From Eledone cirrhosa (Eukaryota), in assembly GCA_964016885.1 (NCBI GenBank), contig OZ024744.1:36890001-36954000 (forward strand): a stretch of DNA of 64,000 nt. The letters are read 5' to 3'. The translations under genes and the position numbers were made by a program. Positions 1 to 14,033 of the stretch are shown one piece after another; the first letter of the stretch is position 1, and each line of letters begins with the position of its first letter. The notes beneath the pieces were generated by a model, which saw only the letters and a list, made by a program, of their open reading frames with translations, was not told the DNA's origin and made no database searches.

Positions 1-3000
1 AGCGGGCTCCACTACCACCACCAACAGCAGTGGAGCTCATACCCCTCCCAGACGCCACCAATCCTACATTGAGTATGAGGATGGACGGAAGTGGCAAACG
101 ATCTGCCACAAAAACAAAAAACAAAAAAACCCTTAGCTTCACCCTCCAAAAGTGAAGGCAAATATAGAGGGATAAAGGCCGCAAGGAGACTTGCAGCAAC
201 ACCGCCACAAGCATCACCTCCAACAACAACCAACCACACCACCACCAGCATCACCAAAAACACCAACATCGGGGACACACGCAACAGCAACAACAAGTAA
301 ACAGCAACAAAATAACCCCTCACACCAAAAGGGACACAGCCATAAACATGGCAAATAAAGAACTCTTACAACATATAAAGCAGCACACAGACATCACAGA
401 CAAAAATTACTACACCCCACCAACACCAGGAACTCTCCCGAAAAATATAAAGATTATTGAAATCAAAATAGAACATATAAACTTTTAAAAGAAAAATTCC
501 CCAACGCAGTTTGAGGCTTCAGAGGGTCGGTTTCCAAGAGGATATACACCGACATCATCTTGGAGACACCCATGACCAGCCAAAGGAACGGTTCGACTGT
601 CCTTTTCCCATACGATCAGGGTAGGTGATCCTTTCTCATTTATTCCATTTCTCACCCAACATGGCCTTACTTAGAATAGGCCGTATAAATGTACGTGGCC
701 TGGGGTCATCTTGGAAGCAGAGTGTAAGTCGGTGGTGCTGGACGTGACCGGCAGCGAAGGCAATGCTTTCAGGCTAGTACCCATCTACCTCCCAACAGGG
801 GCAGACGGAGATGCGCACAGAGTCACGAAACCGTTGTGCACGCACTCATTCAGTGTCCGAGCATTGTTGACTTGTGGAGCTATGACAAACATTTGCTGTC
901 ACGTGTAGGACGGATCCGGTTATCGACTGAGTCCATTGTGCAGATAGTCCCGCCGTCCTCCTTTAAGGAGAGGAAGGGCAGGCAGTTTTCATCTGCCAGG
1001 TGGCCACGGCTAAAGACATTGTATGGTTGACAAGGTTGAAAGGATTGAAGACGGACACCTTCCTCTTTGGCTAATCCCTGATTAACTTTTTCAAATTTCA
1101 CTTAAAGAGGAAAATTAGGGTGGAGAATCAAGTGCTGTCATCAAATAAGTTTATTGAAAGGTGGGTGAAAGTGGTGAGTCTGGTCCAAGTGAACGGGCCC
1201 GCTCTGAGTATGCGCCTGTAGACTGAGGAGTGGAACACTTAGATAGGGCGCTTGCCCGGGTGGTAAGGGTGGCCGTGGTCCTTTGTGTCGTTTTCACCAC
1301 GAGTGACTCTCGGAAGTTTCCCCCCTATTGGCGAACTCTTGTTGTTTGAATTTTTTTGATATTTCTATCTTTTTACACGGCCTTTTATTCTATCTTTTTA
1401 TACGGCCAAAACCCATTGGATCCAGAAGGTAAGTCGATGGCGCTGGACGTGACAGGCAGCCAAGGAAATGCTTTCAGGCTAGTAGCCATCTACGTCCCAA
1501 AAGGGGCAGGACGGCCTGATTTCTTCAGACGTCTAGAGACCTTTCTGGGAAAGTCCCTCTTTTTCGTGTTAGTGAGTGAATGGAACGGCATCTTAGATGC
1601 ACGCGGTGATTATGTGGGACTAGTAAATAAGGGAGGAGGATGTAAAAGCTCTCCAACCTGCTCAGACGATTTTAACTGTCTGACAGGTATCGGGTGGTGG
1701 GCCGGTCGGAGTATGAACATAAGTGCATACCTCAACGGACTGCCGCGGTTCTCGACGACCACAGCGCAGTGCTGCGAAAGGCCGGTAATAGCAGGTGAAA
1801 TACGGGAAGCGATATCTGACTGCACGAGGGCTAAATAGCCACGTTTGGATGGTTTGCCTTACGAGCTTTATGCGTATATGCCAGACTTGTTCGGCGACCT
1901 CTTGGCAGGTGTCTACTGCAAATGGCAGCAGAAAGGTAGCGTTCCCAGTGTTGCGAGCCGGGGAGCGGTGGTGCTTTTGAGAAAAGACCCAAACAAAGGG
2001 GACGCTATAGACAACTTCAAGCCCATATCTCTGTTAAGCGCAGATTTCAAAATATTGGACAAGGTGTTTCAACGAGATTGGCGCTTGTCGTCGGTGATCT
2101 GGTAGGAGAGGCGCAGACATGCTCCATTCCAGACATATCCAATCACGACAACCTCCACCTGATGCGATACATCATAGAGAGGGTGGTTAAGGAACCTGGC
2201 ATGGGAGGGGCCCGGATCAACTTGGATCAATCTAAGGCCTTTGATAGGGTCGACCATCGATACTTGGATGCGGTAAGTTGTCTATAGGCCCAGGGCTGAA
2301 AGTTCTATTGAGAACTTTCAGCCCTGGGCCTATAGACAACTTCCTGAAAACCCTAGCCTGGCGGTGCTACCAGAGAGGGTTGCCGGTTCGAGATAAGCTC
2401 TACACTCACGCAAGTGCCGTCAGCCGAACCTGTCCGAGATGCGCATAAGGCGAACGAACCGTTCTGCACGCACTCGTTTAGTGTCAAGCATTACTGACTT
2501 GTGGAGCTCTGTTGAACATTTGCCGTCTCGGATAGCCCCACCGTCCTCCTTTAAGGAAGAGGAAGGGAAGGCAGTTTTCATCTGCCTGGTGAGCATGGCG
2601 AAAGAGATTGTATGGTGGAGAAAGGATTGAAGACGGACACTTTCCACTTCGGCGAATCTCTGATTAACATTTTCAAATTTCACTTGAAGAGGACAATTAG
2701 GGTGAAGAGGCAAGTGCTGTCTTCTAGTGAGTTTCTTCAACGGTGGGTGAAAGTGGCGAGTCTGATTCGAGTGGCCGAGCCCGTTCTGAGTATACGCCTA
2801 TAGACTGAGGAGAGGGTGCTTGCCCTGGTGATCAGGGTGGCCGGGGTCTTTTGTGTGGTTTTCGCCACGAGTTATCCTCGGAGGTTTCCCCCTTTTGGGG
2901 GAATTGTGTTGTTTGAATGCTTTAGATTTGTTTTTATACATTATTATTTTCTTATTATAACCTTTTTACACCACCAAAACCCATTTTGTATCGATCTGTA

Positions 3001-3060
3001 CCGTTCTGTGCCGACTGTAGTGTTTTTCTACAGTTAGCCCTTGTGGCCAATAAAGAAACG
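1..3060 (+). mobile_element. Tx1/L1-clade non-LTR retrotransposon (copy A), deleted and scrambled, 5' end outside window
   Basis: ORF2 ATG at 661 gives MALLRIGRINVRGL (APE N-terminus). RT pieces include NFKPISLL..DFKIL and LDQSKAFDRVDH. The C-terminal CPRC..H region is present twice (~810-1220 and ~2310-2800). Ends in CCCTTGTGGCCAATAAAGAAACG followed by (ATT)n. Same family as 52922-58260. Confidence 0.88.
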
Positions 3061-3096
<36 letters not shown>

Positions 3097-3097
3097 T
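3061..3097 (+). repeat. (TTA)n spacer between tail-to-tail Tx1 and Dong
   Basis: Direct reading of the sequence. Confidence 0.97.
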
Positions 3098-4511
3098 GCA
3101 TTTATCTTGCTTTATGTTTATACGAGTTATCACCAAGTCACAACCAGTGACCTCAAGAGACAACAAGGTCCGCCATGTTCAAGAAAGAACACACATATTC
3201 ACACATGCATCCTTAGTGTTTAGACTTGTGATGTACTTATATTGACAGGATCTTCCTTAGTATATGGGCAGTTCCCATTAGTACTATCTTTTGTATTTCT
3301 CCTATACGCGGGTTTCCTGGGATTTGCGATAAGTAGTCGTTAGACCCCTTAGGTATCATTCCCAGAGCGCCTACAACCACTGGTATTGTTTTAGTTCTCA
3401 ATTTCCACATTTTTCCAATTTCTATCTCCAGGTCCTTATACTTGCTCAATTTTTCAAATGTTTTTATAGATACATTCTTGTCTATTGGAACAGACATATC
3501 AATTAGCAGGCATACTCTCCTTTGAAAGTCCTTCAATATTATATCAGGTCTATTTGCATCTATTTTTCGGTCTGTTTGGATGCTAAAGTTCCACAAGATT
3601 GAGATGTGATCTTTTTCAAGTATGGGAGGTGGTTGATGCTCCCACCAATTCTTTTGATAGGGCAGGTCAAAATGCTTACACATTATCCAATGTATGTATT
3701 GTGCAGCTCTGTCATGCCTGTTTAGGTATTCGGTTGGAGCTATAGGACTGCACATTGAAATTATATGGTCAATGGTCTCTGGTTGTTTTTTGCATACACG
3801 GCATAATGGGCTGCACCCATTTTTTATTATGTTGGCTTGGTAATTTTTTGTTGGCAGACACTGATCTTGTGCGGATATAATCAGTCCTTCAGTCTCCGAT
3901 TTCAGTCCAGAGGATGCCAACCACTGATGGGTTAAAGTTTTGTCAACATCAGGATTGTTAGCTCGCTCTGGGTATTTTCCATACAGAGGCTTTTCTTGCC
4001 ATTTCTTAGCCAGTTTCTGTAGCAGTTCTTTCTTTGCAGTTACTTTTACCTGCTTTGCTTTTTCTGTGTTTTCCATTTCAGCAGTAAATGGGACTTCTGA
4101 AATTTGTAGTCCATTACTGTATCTTTGTGCATCTTTTGTAATGGAATATGATCTTTTGGTGCTTTCGTGTTTCAAAACGAGTTTGATCATCCAATCATGT
4201 TATTCCCTTAGATATGTGGATAATCCAATTGTTGCAGTTTTCAACGCAATGTCTAACTGGATTAACCCACGTCCTCCTTCTTTCCTAGGGAGATATATTC
4301 TATCTATGTCTGCCTTAGGGTGATGCATTCTGTGCATGGTTAACAATTTTCGGATTTTTGTATCGAGCCTACGGATCTCTGTGCTTGACCAGTTGATGAC
4401 ATTGTAACTGTAGGTTACTACTGGTATGGCAAGCGTGTTTATGGCATCGATCCTATTCCTTGCATTCAATTCCGTTCTTAAGATTGCTCTGACTCTGCGG
4501 TAACATTCCTT
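3097..4511 (-). mobile_element. R4/Dong-clade RLE retrotransposon family B, 5'-truncated
   Basis: CRVC..ETIDHIISMC zinc knuckle, RHD, NRPDII..D..P.D..K..KY restriction-like endonuclease; flanked by TAA repeats on both sides. Confidence 0.9.
3237..4190 (-). pseudogene. C-terminal CCHC + RLE part of the Dong family B ORF (continues from 4200-4469 across a stop)
   Basis: ORF track 317 aa with CCHC, RHD and PD..D..K motifs. Confidence 0.85.
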
Positions 4512-4518
4512 ATTATTA

Positions 4519-4571
<53 letters not shown>

Positions 4572-4578
4572 GTTGTTA
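4511..4578 (+). repeat. (TTA)n spacer
   Basis: Direct reading of the sequence. Confidence 0.97.
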
Positions 4579-7500
4579 TTCCTTGAATCTCAGTCATTGA
4601 TGTTAGTTAACTGGAAAGTCCGTTGGAATGAATATCAAGCCACTACCTGCAGCCTCAGATATTCAGGACGTATCGGAAGGTTCTTGCTGTTCCAGCAAGC
4701 ATACCTTTTGAAGCGTTCCAAAAAGCGTGAAGGGGCCAATTTTCTTTAACCATCCCTGGAAACTTTTGGAGATAGTCCCCTGTGCGCCTATGACAATCGG
4801 GACCACTTTGACTTCATGGCAGTTCCAAATCCTTTTTACCTCCCACTTTAAGTCCTCGTATCGGTTAATTTTCTCCCTCTCCTTCTCTTGCACTCTCGTG
4901 TCGAATGGGCAGGCCACATCCACAATCAGACACGATCTTTTTTCTTTGTCCACAACCACCAGGTCAGGTCTATTGTGTTCCAGTTTCTTGTCCGTCTGTA
5001 TCCTAAAATCTCACAGCACATTCACCTGATCGTCCTCCATCAACGCCTCTGGCTTATGCTCATACCATTTCTCAGAATGTGGTAAATTGTTTACTTTGCA
5101 CAGGTGCCAGTGGATCACCCTGCCCATCACATCATGTATCCAGCCCTTATAGTGGGTCTGGGCTAGGTGTTTACACTCGGATACAATGTGAGCCACAGTC
5201 TCCTCTCTCTCTCCACAGATCCCGCACAGTGGGCTAGCCTCCTCCTTGTAAATATGGTGTTTGCAACCACTTCGTTTTGAGGGCCTGCTCCTGCGCAGCC
5301 ATTAACATTCCTTCTGTAGCCTTTTTAAGGTCTCCTCTTCTCAACCAGTTCCATGTCTGTGGATCTCTAAATTCAGTTTTCTCAAAGAAGGTACTATGAA
5401 GGGATTTTTCCTGAAGGCTGCTCTTTCTCCTTGATGTTATTTCCTCCTTGGACATCCCCTGGTCTATTGTCCCCTCCTTCAGTACAGTTCTGAGCATTGG
5501 CTCCTTACTATCAGTCACGTATTTGTATAGGTTGTTTTTTTCTCCATCCGAACACAGTCCTCTATGCTGATAAGACCTCTTCCACCCTCAGATCTCCTTA
5601 GGTAGAGTCTATCGACATCACTCCTCTTGTGGAACATGTTGTAGATAGTCAATAGCTTCCTAGTCTTCCTATCCATTTCTTTTTGTTCAGCAACATTCCA
5701 TCTCAGAATTCCCGCACTGTACCTAATAATAGACACAGCTCGGGAATTTACTGCGCTTATGGCATTTCTGCCGTTTAGATGTGACTTCAATACGCTTCTT
5801 ACTCTTTGAATGTATTCAGTTCTTAACAATTCCTTCATTTTTTTGTTCTTTATGCCATCAGCCTCCAGAACGCCCAAATACTTGTATCCTTCCTCAGAGT
5901 CAATTTCCTTTATCATCCCACCTGTTGGTATCTGGGTTCCGTTACTTCTGCTCAACCTACCTCATCACAATGACTCCACACTTACTAATACCAAACTGCA
6001 TACATATATCACTGCTGAAAATACGGACAGTGTCAACAAGCACATCCAACTCCTTCTCACTCTCCCCGAAGAGCTTAAGATCGTCCATGAAGAGAAGGTG
6101 ATTAATGGTAAGCCCTCCTTTTCCCAACCCGTATCCTGCTCTCACTTTTCGCAGTACACTGGTCAGGGGCATCAGGGCAAGGACAAACAACAGAGGGGAC
6201 AGGCTATCTCCCTGGAAGATACCTCTCTTGATCTTCACGCTTCCCAAGGATTCTCCAGTTGATGTTAACTCTGTTTCCCAGGACCTCATACTATTGCCCA
6301 ACAACTGTCTGATGTTATCTGCCACCTTGAAGATCTCCAGGCTTTTGGTGATCCAAGAATGATGCACCATGTCAAATGCCTTGGCAAGATCAGTGTGTCT
6401 CCTCCTGCAGTTCCCCATTGCCATCTTATCAATAAGTAACTGGTCCTTTGTACCACGTGACTTCTTTCGGCATCCTTTCTGTTCGTCCGGTAATAAGTTG
6501 TTTGTGTGGTGGTGATGGTAGATTTCCTCAGACACTATGCTCGTCAACAGTTTCCACATTACGGACAGACATGTGATAGGTCTATAGTTGGTAACATCAT
6601 TACTCTTGATTCGGTCTTTCATTATCAGAACTGTGGTACCTTTTATCAACCACTCTGGTACCTCACCTGACATCAAGCAGTCATTGAACATGGTTGTCAG
6701 TTTCGGGTGGAGGGATGTTATATTTTTAATCCAATACCCCTGCACACCATCTGGTCCTGGTGATTTCCAGTTGGTTAGTTTCTTGGCCTGCCCCTTAAGA
6801 GTATCAACTGTGATACTCAAATCAGTTTGTTGGTGTGCCTGCTCACCGATCTCCATCTGTACTGTCTCAATCCACCCTGCCTGGTCATTATGTCTAACAT
6901 CCTGCTCCCATATTCCTCTCCAGAATGTCTTAGTTTGCTCCGCCTCAGGGATCAAGTCTTTGCCTCTTTCTTTCCCCTCAAGCTGTCCAAACAGAATGTT
7001 CTGGTTGTTGTCGAACATGCGGTTCTGTTTATACTGACTGACTCTGTTCTCGTATCGCCTGATTGTTGCACTCTTTGCTACAATGCGTTGCTTCAGTTCC
7101 TCTATGATAATATTTAGCTTTTTCCTCCTAGTTTTGTACTTTATTTCCAGTCTATTTTTAGTGCCTATGTTTTTAAGTGTCCCATTCAGTAGTGACTCAA
7201 GCTTTCCAATGTCATTTCTCGTTTCCCTGATTTGACCACTCAGTCGTTTCTTCCACCAAGTCTCTGCTCTTTCTCGTCTGTTGTTTCCTCTCGCTTTTAT
7301 ACTAAGTAGTTTCCTCACCGTATTTGCTGTTGCTCTGAGGATATTGTTGCACTGGTGAAGGCTCCTCGCCTCAAGGTATGGGATGACTTTGTTTACCTTA
7401 GCTGTTGTTTCTTTTAACTTTTTCCTGTCTACAAATCTTAGGTTCATAGGTCTCCCACTATCATTGTTCAATTCATCTACCACTAAATTTAGGATGTCAA

Positions 7501-9364
7501 CCGAATCTTGTCCTAGCCCGTCAGCATTCATCTCCTCAGTGGCCGTATCTCTGTTCCAGGTATTATTTATATCAGTATTCAAATCATTGTCTGCTTCGGG
7601 TGGTTCCTCCGTTCTCTCAACCTCTTCACCTTCATTTCCCACTGGCTCGTTTGCCTTGCATACTCTACCCTCCAAGCTAATCTCTCTGCTCAATTCCTCC
7701 AGTTCCAGCTCGCTTATCCACCCATTAGTTCTTATTACCTGAGCCTGCCCGGCTAATTTTTGTTCATCTAATGTAAATAGACCAATCTCGTTCCAGATGT
7801 TATGCATCCGTCTCCTATAGCCCCTGTCCTTGGGTTACTTTTCAGGTAACATTGCAGAACAGTTCTATTCAATTCTTTCGTCCAGTTGGTTCGGGTCCCT
7901 TTCCTTCTTCTTCTTCCTCCGACACCAGCAGTATTTGGTTGACAGCCAGGTTGCTGCTGCTGAGCCAGGGAGCACCTGTTGGGTGAGAGTCTGTCACATG
8001 ACGTTCTAGTCTCCATTTCACCGTTATTCGAACTGTTTAGGTTCGATATTTAAACACTCTTATCGAGGATTGGCGAATGTATGGTTACATAACCATCTGT
8101 GGATTCACCGTCTCCGGTGGTTGCGCCGCTCCACTTGGCTCTTGTGTGGCATTATCACCACGCTGTAGACGAACACAAATAAACAAACAAACAAACAGGC
8201 AGAAAAAACCCCAAAAATGAATAAGCATAAGTTTCATTGTAATGTAGTGTTCGAATGTCTGACTTAGTTTTTCCCTTCTCTTCTCTGTCCGTCCGCTTGT
8301 TTCTCTCTTCATTCTTATTTTCTTTACGTTTTTTTTTGTTTTTGTTTTTCTCTGTTTGCTTTTCTTTTTTTTTTGTTGTTGTTTTTTGTTGTTGTTGCTG
8401 TGCTGATTTGGTTTTGATTTTTGTTTTTGCTTTTGAGTCTATCTATATATTTTGATGCCTTCCTCTTTTTTAGTAGGAATTCTATAATGTGGTGGCAGTG
8501 CTGTGCTAGCAGCAACTAGCAGGAAGCAATGGGAGAGAATAGCAGCGGTAGCGATACTGAGACAGTGGTGGTGGTGATGTCGATACTGAGGCAGTGGTGG
8601 TGGTGGTGATGTGATCGTATTACTGTAGTGATGGTGCTGTAGCGGTGGTAGCAATGAAGGAGTGGTGGCGACGGTGATGGGATAGTGGTAGTAATGATGG
8701 CAGTGGTGGTGGTGATGTGATCGTATTACTGTAGTGATGGTGTTGTAGCGGTGGTAGCAATGAAGGAGTGGTGGCGGCGGTGTTGGGATAGTGGTAGTAA
8801 TGATGGATGGGCGGCGTTGTCGTTACTGATGTCCGTTCGGTGAATCTATGGGTTAGTCGCGTACATGTGTTGACATAAATTCCCTTCATGTTGGAATTAA
8901 ACATTTTGTTAAAACTTGGGACAATAATAATAGTATTTATTATTATCATTATTATGTTGAGATTGGTTGTGGTGGTGGTGAAGTTGCGGTTATCTGGCTG
9001 TTGTGTTTAGTGTACACAGAGAGGTGATGGGGTAGGTGGTGTATCTAGTTTCTGGTGTTGGTGAGATTGGTGTTGTTTGGCTGTTCTATATAGTGTAGAC
9101 AGAGGAGAGGGGGGGTCTTCTTCATCCATTTATAGCTATTTTCTTTTTTGAATATACAATGTATAATACAAAGTTGAATATTTGAATATTTGAGCCTTAT
9201 AACAATATATTTTGGGTCCGAATTTTTTGGGGGCTCAAGCCGGATGATTTACGTAACATTTGTACTAAGAGTTGTTATTTCACAAATGATTTAAATATGT
9301 TAAAAATTCAAAACATACGGGAGCGATTTCATGACCTTCTACCACCTCGTGCGCCTTCTTCCCT
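4576..9364 (-). mobile_element. R4/Dong-clade family A, full-length degenerate copy A1
   Basis: N-terminal RTNWTKELN..QCY..S (Myb-like) segment, RT with QGDSLSPLLF and HLLFMDD, CCHC, RLE. The ~1.3 kb 5' UTR starts GGGAAGAAG right after the TAA tract and is shared with copy A2. Confidence 0.92.
4655..8016 (-). pseudogene. Frameshifted RT-RLE ORF of Dong A1
   Basis: ORF fragments 7768-8016, 5957-7807, 5515-5955, 5234-5518, 5011-5196 and 4663-4959 are colinear with the 785-aa ORF at 33541. Confidence 0.88.
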
Positions 9365-9367
9365 TTC

Positions 9368-9422
<55 letters not shown>

Positions 9423-9433
9423 GTTGTTGTTAT
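9368..9433 (+). repeat. (TTA)n spacer
   Basis: Direct reading of the sequence. Confidence 0.97.
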
Positions 9434-12400
9434 TCCTTGAATCTCAGTCATTGATGTTGGTTAACTGGAAAGTCCGTTGGAATGAATATCAAGCCACTAC
9501 CTGCAGCCTCAGATATTCAGGACGTATCGGAGGGTTCTTGCTGTTCCCAGCAAGCATGCCTTTTGAAGCGTTCCAAAAAGCGTGAAGGGGCCTATTTTCT
9601 TTAACCATCCCTGGAAACTTTTGGAGATAGTCCCCAGTGCGCCTATGACAATCGGGATCACTTTGACTTCATGGCAGTTCCAAATCCTTTTCACCTCCCA
9701 CATTAGGTCCTGGTATCGGTTAATTTTCTCCCTCTCCTTCTCTTGCACTCTCGTGTCGAAAGGGCAGGCCACATCCACAATCAGACACGATCTTTTTTCT
9801 TTGTCCACAACCACCAGGTCAGGTCTATTGTGTTCCAGTTTTTTGTCCGTCTGTATCCTAAAATTCCACAGCACCTTCACCTGATTGTTCTCCATCACCG
9901 CCTCTGGCCTATGCTCATACCATTTCTCAGAATGTGGTAAATTGTTTACTTTGCACAGATGCCAGTGGATCACCCTGCCCATCACATCGTGTCTCCAGCC
10001 CTTGTAGTGGGTCTGGGCTAGGTGTTTACACTCGGACACAATGTGAGCCTCAGTCTCCTCTCTCTCTCCACAGATCCTGCACAGTGGGCTAGCCTCCTCC
10101 TTGTAAATATGGTGCTTCAACCACTTCGTTTTGAGGGCCTGCTCCTGCGCAGCCATTAGCATTCCTTCTGTAGCCTTTTTGAGGTATCCTCTTCTCAACC
10201 AGTTCCATGTCTGTGGATCTCTAAATTCAGTTTTCTCAAAGAAGGTACTATGAAGGGATTTTCCCTTAAGGCTGCTCTTCCTCCTTGATGTTATTTCCTC
10301 CTTGGACATCCCCTGGCCTACTGTCCCCTCCTTCAGTACAGTTCTGAGCATTGGCTCCTTACTATAGGTCACGTATTTGTATAGGTTGTTTTTCTCCATC
10401 TGAACACAGTCCTCTATGCTGATAAGACCTCTTCCACCCTCAGATCTCCTTAGGTAGAGTCTATCGACATCACTCCCCTTGTGGAACATGTTGTAGATAG
10501 TCAATAGCTTCCTAGTCTTCCTATCCATTTCTTTTTGTTCAGCAACATTCCATCTCAGAATTCCCGCACTGTACCTAATAATAGACACAGCTCGGGAATT
10601 TACTGCGCTTATGGCATTTCTGCTGTTCAGATGTGATTTTAATACGCTCTTTACTCCCCGAATGTATTCAGTTCTTAACAATTCCTTCATTTTTTTGTTC
10701 TTTATGCCATCAGCCTCCAGAACGCCCAAATACTTGTATCCTTCCTCAGAGTCAATTTCCTTTATCATCTCACCTGTTGGTATCTGGATCCCGTTACTTC
10801 TGCTCAACCTACCCCTCCTCATCACAATGACTCCACATTTACTAATACCAAACTGCATACATATATCACTGCTGAAAATACGGACAGTGTCAACAAGCAC
10901 ATCCAACTTTCCCGAAGAGCTTAAGATCGTCCATGAAGAGGAGGTGATTGATGGTAAACTCTCCATTTCCCAACTTGTATCCTGCTCTCACTTTTCGCAG
11001 CATAATGGTCAAGGGTATCAGGGCAAGGACAAACAACAGAGGGGACAGGCTATCTCCCTGGAAGATACCTCTCTTGATCTTCACGCTTCCCAAGGATACT
11101 CCAGTTGATGTCAACTCTGTCTCCCAGGACCCCATACTCCTGCCCAGCAACTGTCTGATGTTATCTGCCACCTTGAAGATCTCCAGGCTTTTGGTGATCC
11201 AAGAATGAGGCACCATGTCAAATGCCTTTCTGTAGTCTATCCATCCCATGGCAAGATCAGTGTGTCTCCTCCTGCAATTCCCCATTGCCATCTTATCAAT
11301 AAGTAACTGGTCCTTTGTACCACGTGACTTCTTTCGGCATCCTTTCTGTTCGTCCGGTAACAAGTTGTTTGTGTGGAGGTGATGGTAAATTTCCTCAGAC
11401 ACAATGCTCGTCAACAGTTTCCACATTACGGACAGACATGTGATAGGTCTATAGTTGGTAACATCATTACCCTTGATTCGGTCTTTCATTATCAGAACTG
11501 TGGTACCTTTTGTCAACCACTCTGGCACCTCACCCGACACCAAGCAGTCATTGAACATGGCCGTCAGCTTCGGGTGGAGGGATGTTAAATTTTTAATCCA
11601 ATACCCCTGCACACCATCTGGGCCTGGTGATTTCCAGTTGGTTAGTTTTTTGGCCTGCCCCTTAAGAGTTTCAACTGTGATACTCAAATCAGTTTGTTGG
11701 TGTGCCTGCTCACCGATCTCCCTCTCTACTGTCTCAATCCACCCTGCTTGGACATTATGTCTAACATCCTGCTCCCATATTCCTCTCCAGAATGTTTTAG
11801 TTTGCTCCGCCCCAGGGATCAAGTCGTTGCCTCTTTCTTTGCCCTCAAGCTGTCCAAACAGCATCTTCTGGTTGTTGTCGAACATGCGGTTCTGTTTATA
11901 CTGACTGACTCTGTTCTCGTATCGCCTGATTTTGGCACTCTTTGCTACAATGCGTTGCTTCAGTTCCTCTATGATAATATTTAGCTTTTTCCTCCTAGTT
12001 TTGTACTTTATTTCCAGTCTATTTTTAGTGCCTATGTTTTTTAGTGTCCCATTCAGTAGTGACTCAAGCTTTCCTATGTCATTTCTCATTTCCCCGATTT
12101 GACCACTCAGTCGTTTCTTCCACCACGGATCTGCTCTTTCTTGTCTGTTGTTTCCTCTCGCTTTTATACCAAGTAGTTTCCTCACCGTATTTGCTGTTGC
12201 CTTGAGGATATTGTTGCACTGGTGAAGGCTCCTCGCCTCAAGGTATGGGATGACTTTGTTTACCTTAGCTGTTGTTTCTTTTAACTTTTTCCTGTCTACA
12301 AATCTTAGGTTCATCGGTCTCCCACTATTATTGTTCAATTCATCTACCACTAAATTTAGGATGTCAACCGAATCTTGTCCTAGCCCGTCAGCATTCATCT

Positions 12401-13958
12401 CCTCAGTGGCCGTATCTCTGTTCCAGGTATTATTTATCTCAGTATTCAGATCATTGTCTGCTTCGGGTGGTTCCTCCGTTCTCAGGACCTCTTCACCTTC
12501 ATTTCCCACTGGCTCGCTTGTCTGGCATACTACACCCGCCATCTCCAAGCCATTCTCTCTGCTCAGTTCCTCCAGTTCCAGCTCGCTTATCCACCCATTA
12601 GTTCTTATTACCCGAGCCTGCCCGGCCAATTTTTGTTCATCTAATTTAAATAGACCAATCTCGTTCCAGATGTTATGCAGCCGTCTCCTGTAGCCCCTCT
12701 CCTTGGGGTTACTTTTCAGGTAACATTGCATAACAGTTCTATTCAATTCTTTCGTCCAGTTGGTTCTGGCCCCTTTTCTTCTTCTTCTTCTTCCTCCAAC
12801 ATCAGCAGTATTTGGTTGACAGTCAGGTTGCTGCTGCTGAGCCAGGGGGCACCTGTTGGGTGAGAGTGTCACATGACGTTCTAGTCTCCATTTCACCGTT
12901 ATTCGAACTGTTTATGTTCGATATTTAAACACTCTTATCGAGGATTGGCGAATGTATGGTTACATAGCCATCTGTGGATTCGCCGTTCCACTTGGCGCTT
13001 GTGTGGCATTATCACCACGCTGTATACGAACACACATAAACAAACAAACACACAGGCAGAAAGGCTCCCCAAAATGAATAAGCATAAGTTTCATTGTAAT
13101 GTAGTGTTCGAATGTCTGACTTAGTTTTTGTTTTTTTAGTTTTAGTTCCCCCCCCCCCCTCTTCTCTGTCCGTCCGCCTGCTTCTCTCTTCATTCTTATT
13201 TTCTTTACGTTTTTTTTTATTATTTTTTTTTTTTTTCTCTGTTTGTTTTTCTCGTGTTTTGCTGTTGTTGCTGTGCTGCTTTGGTTTTGTTGTTTGTTTT
13301 TTCTTTTTTCTTTTGAGTCTATCTATATATTTTTATGCCTTCCTCTTTTTTAGTAGTAGGAATTCTATAATGTGGTGGCAGCAGCCAGCCGGGTGTAGTG
13401 GAGGACTGGCGGCGGTAGCGATACTGAGACAGTGGTGGTGGTGATGTCGATACCGAGGCAGTGGTGGTCAGTGAAGGAGTGAAGAGTGGTGGCGGCGGTG
13501 ATGGCATAGTGGTGGTAATGATGGCAGTAGTGAGCGGTGGTGGTGAAATTGCCGTTATCTGGCTGTTGTGTTTAGTGTACACAGGTGATGAGGTGGGTTG
13601 TGTATCTAGTTTCTGGTGTTGGTGAGTTTGGCTGTTCTATATAGTGTATCTAGTTTCTGGTGTTGGTGAGTTTGGCTGTTCTATATAGTGTAGACAGAGG
13701 AGAGGAGGGGGGGGTTCTTCTTCCATTTATAGCCATTTTCTTTTTTGGATATACAGTGTACAATACAAAGTTGAATATTTGAATATTTGAGCCTTATAAC
13801 AATATATTTTGGGTCCGAATTTTTTGGGGCTCAAGCCGGGTGCTTTACGTAGCATTTGTACTAAGAGTTGTTATTTCACAAATGATTTTAATATGTTAAA
13901 AATTCAAAACTTACGGGAGCGATTTCATGACCTCCGCCACCTCGTGCGTCTTCTTCCC
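9431..13958 (-). mobile_element. R4/Dong-clade family A, full-length copy A2
   Basis: Colinear with A1 including the 5' UTR; TAA tracts at both ends. Confidence 0.93.
9509..12896 (-). pseudogene. Nearly intact RT-CCHC-RLE ORF of Dong A2, split by a small deletion near 10905
   Basis: ORFs 10890-12896 (668 aa) and 9509-10966 (485 aa). The SEKEL segment seen in other copies is missing at the break. Confidence 0.9.

Positions 13959-14032
<74 letters not shown>
13959..14032 (+). repeat. (TTA)n spacer
   Basis: Direct reading of the sequence. Confidence 0.97.

Positions 14033-14033
<1 letters not shown>

Noticed and set aside
5781-7742. Recurrent antisense ORFs over Dong and Tx1 copies
   Set aside because: Shadow frames repeated only because the copies are near-identical; no recognisable domains.
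13880-13958. HDV-like ribozyme at the Dong A 5' end (GGGA..TCCC pairing possible)
   Set aside because: I could not assemble the P1/P1.1/P2/P3/J4-2 pseudoknot by eye; it needs a motif search.
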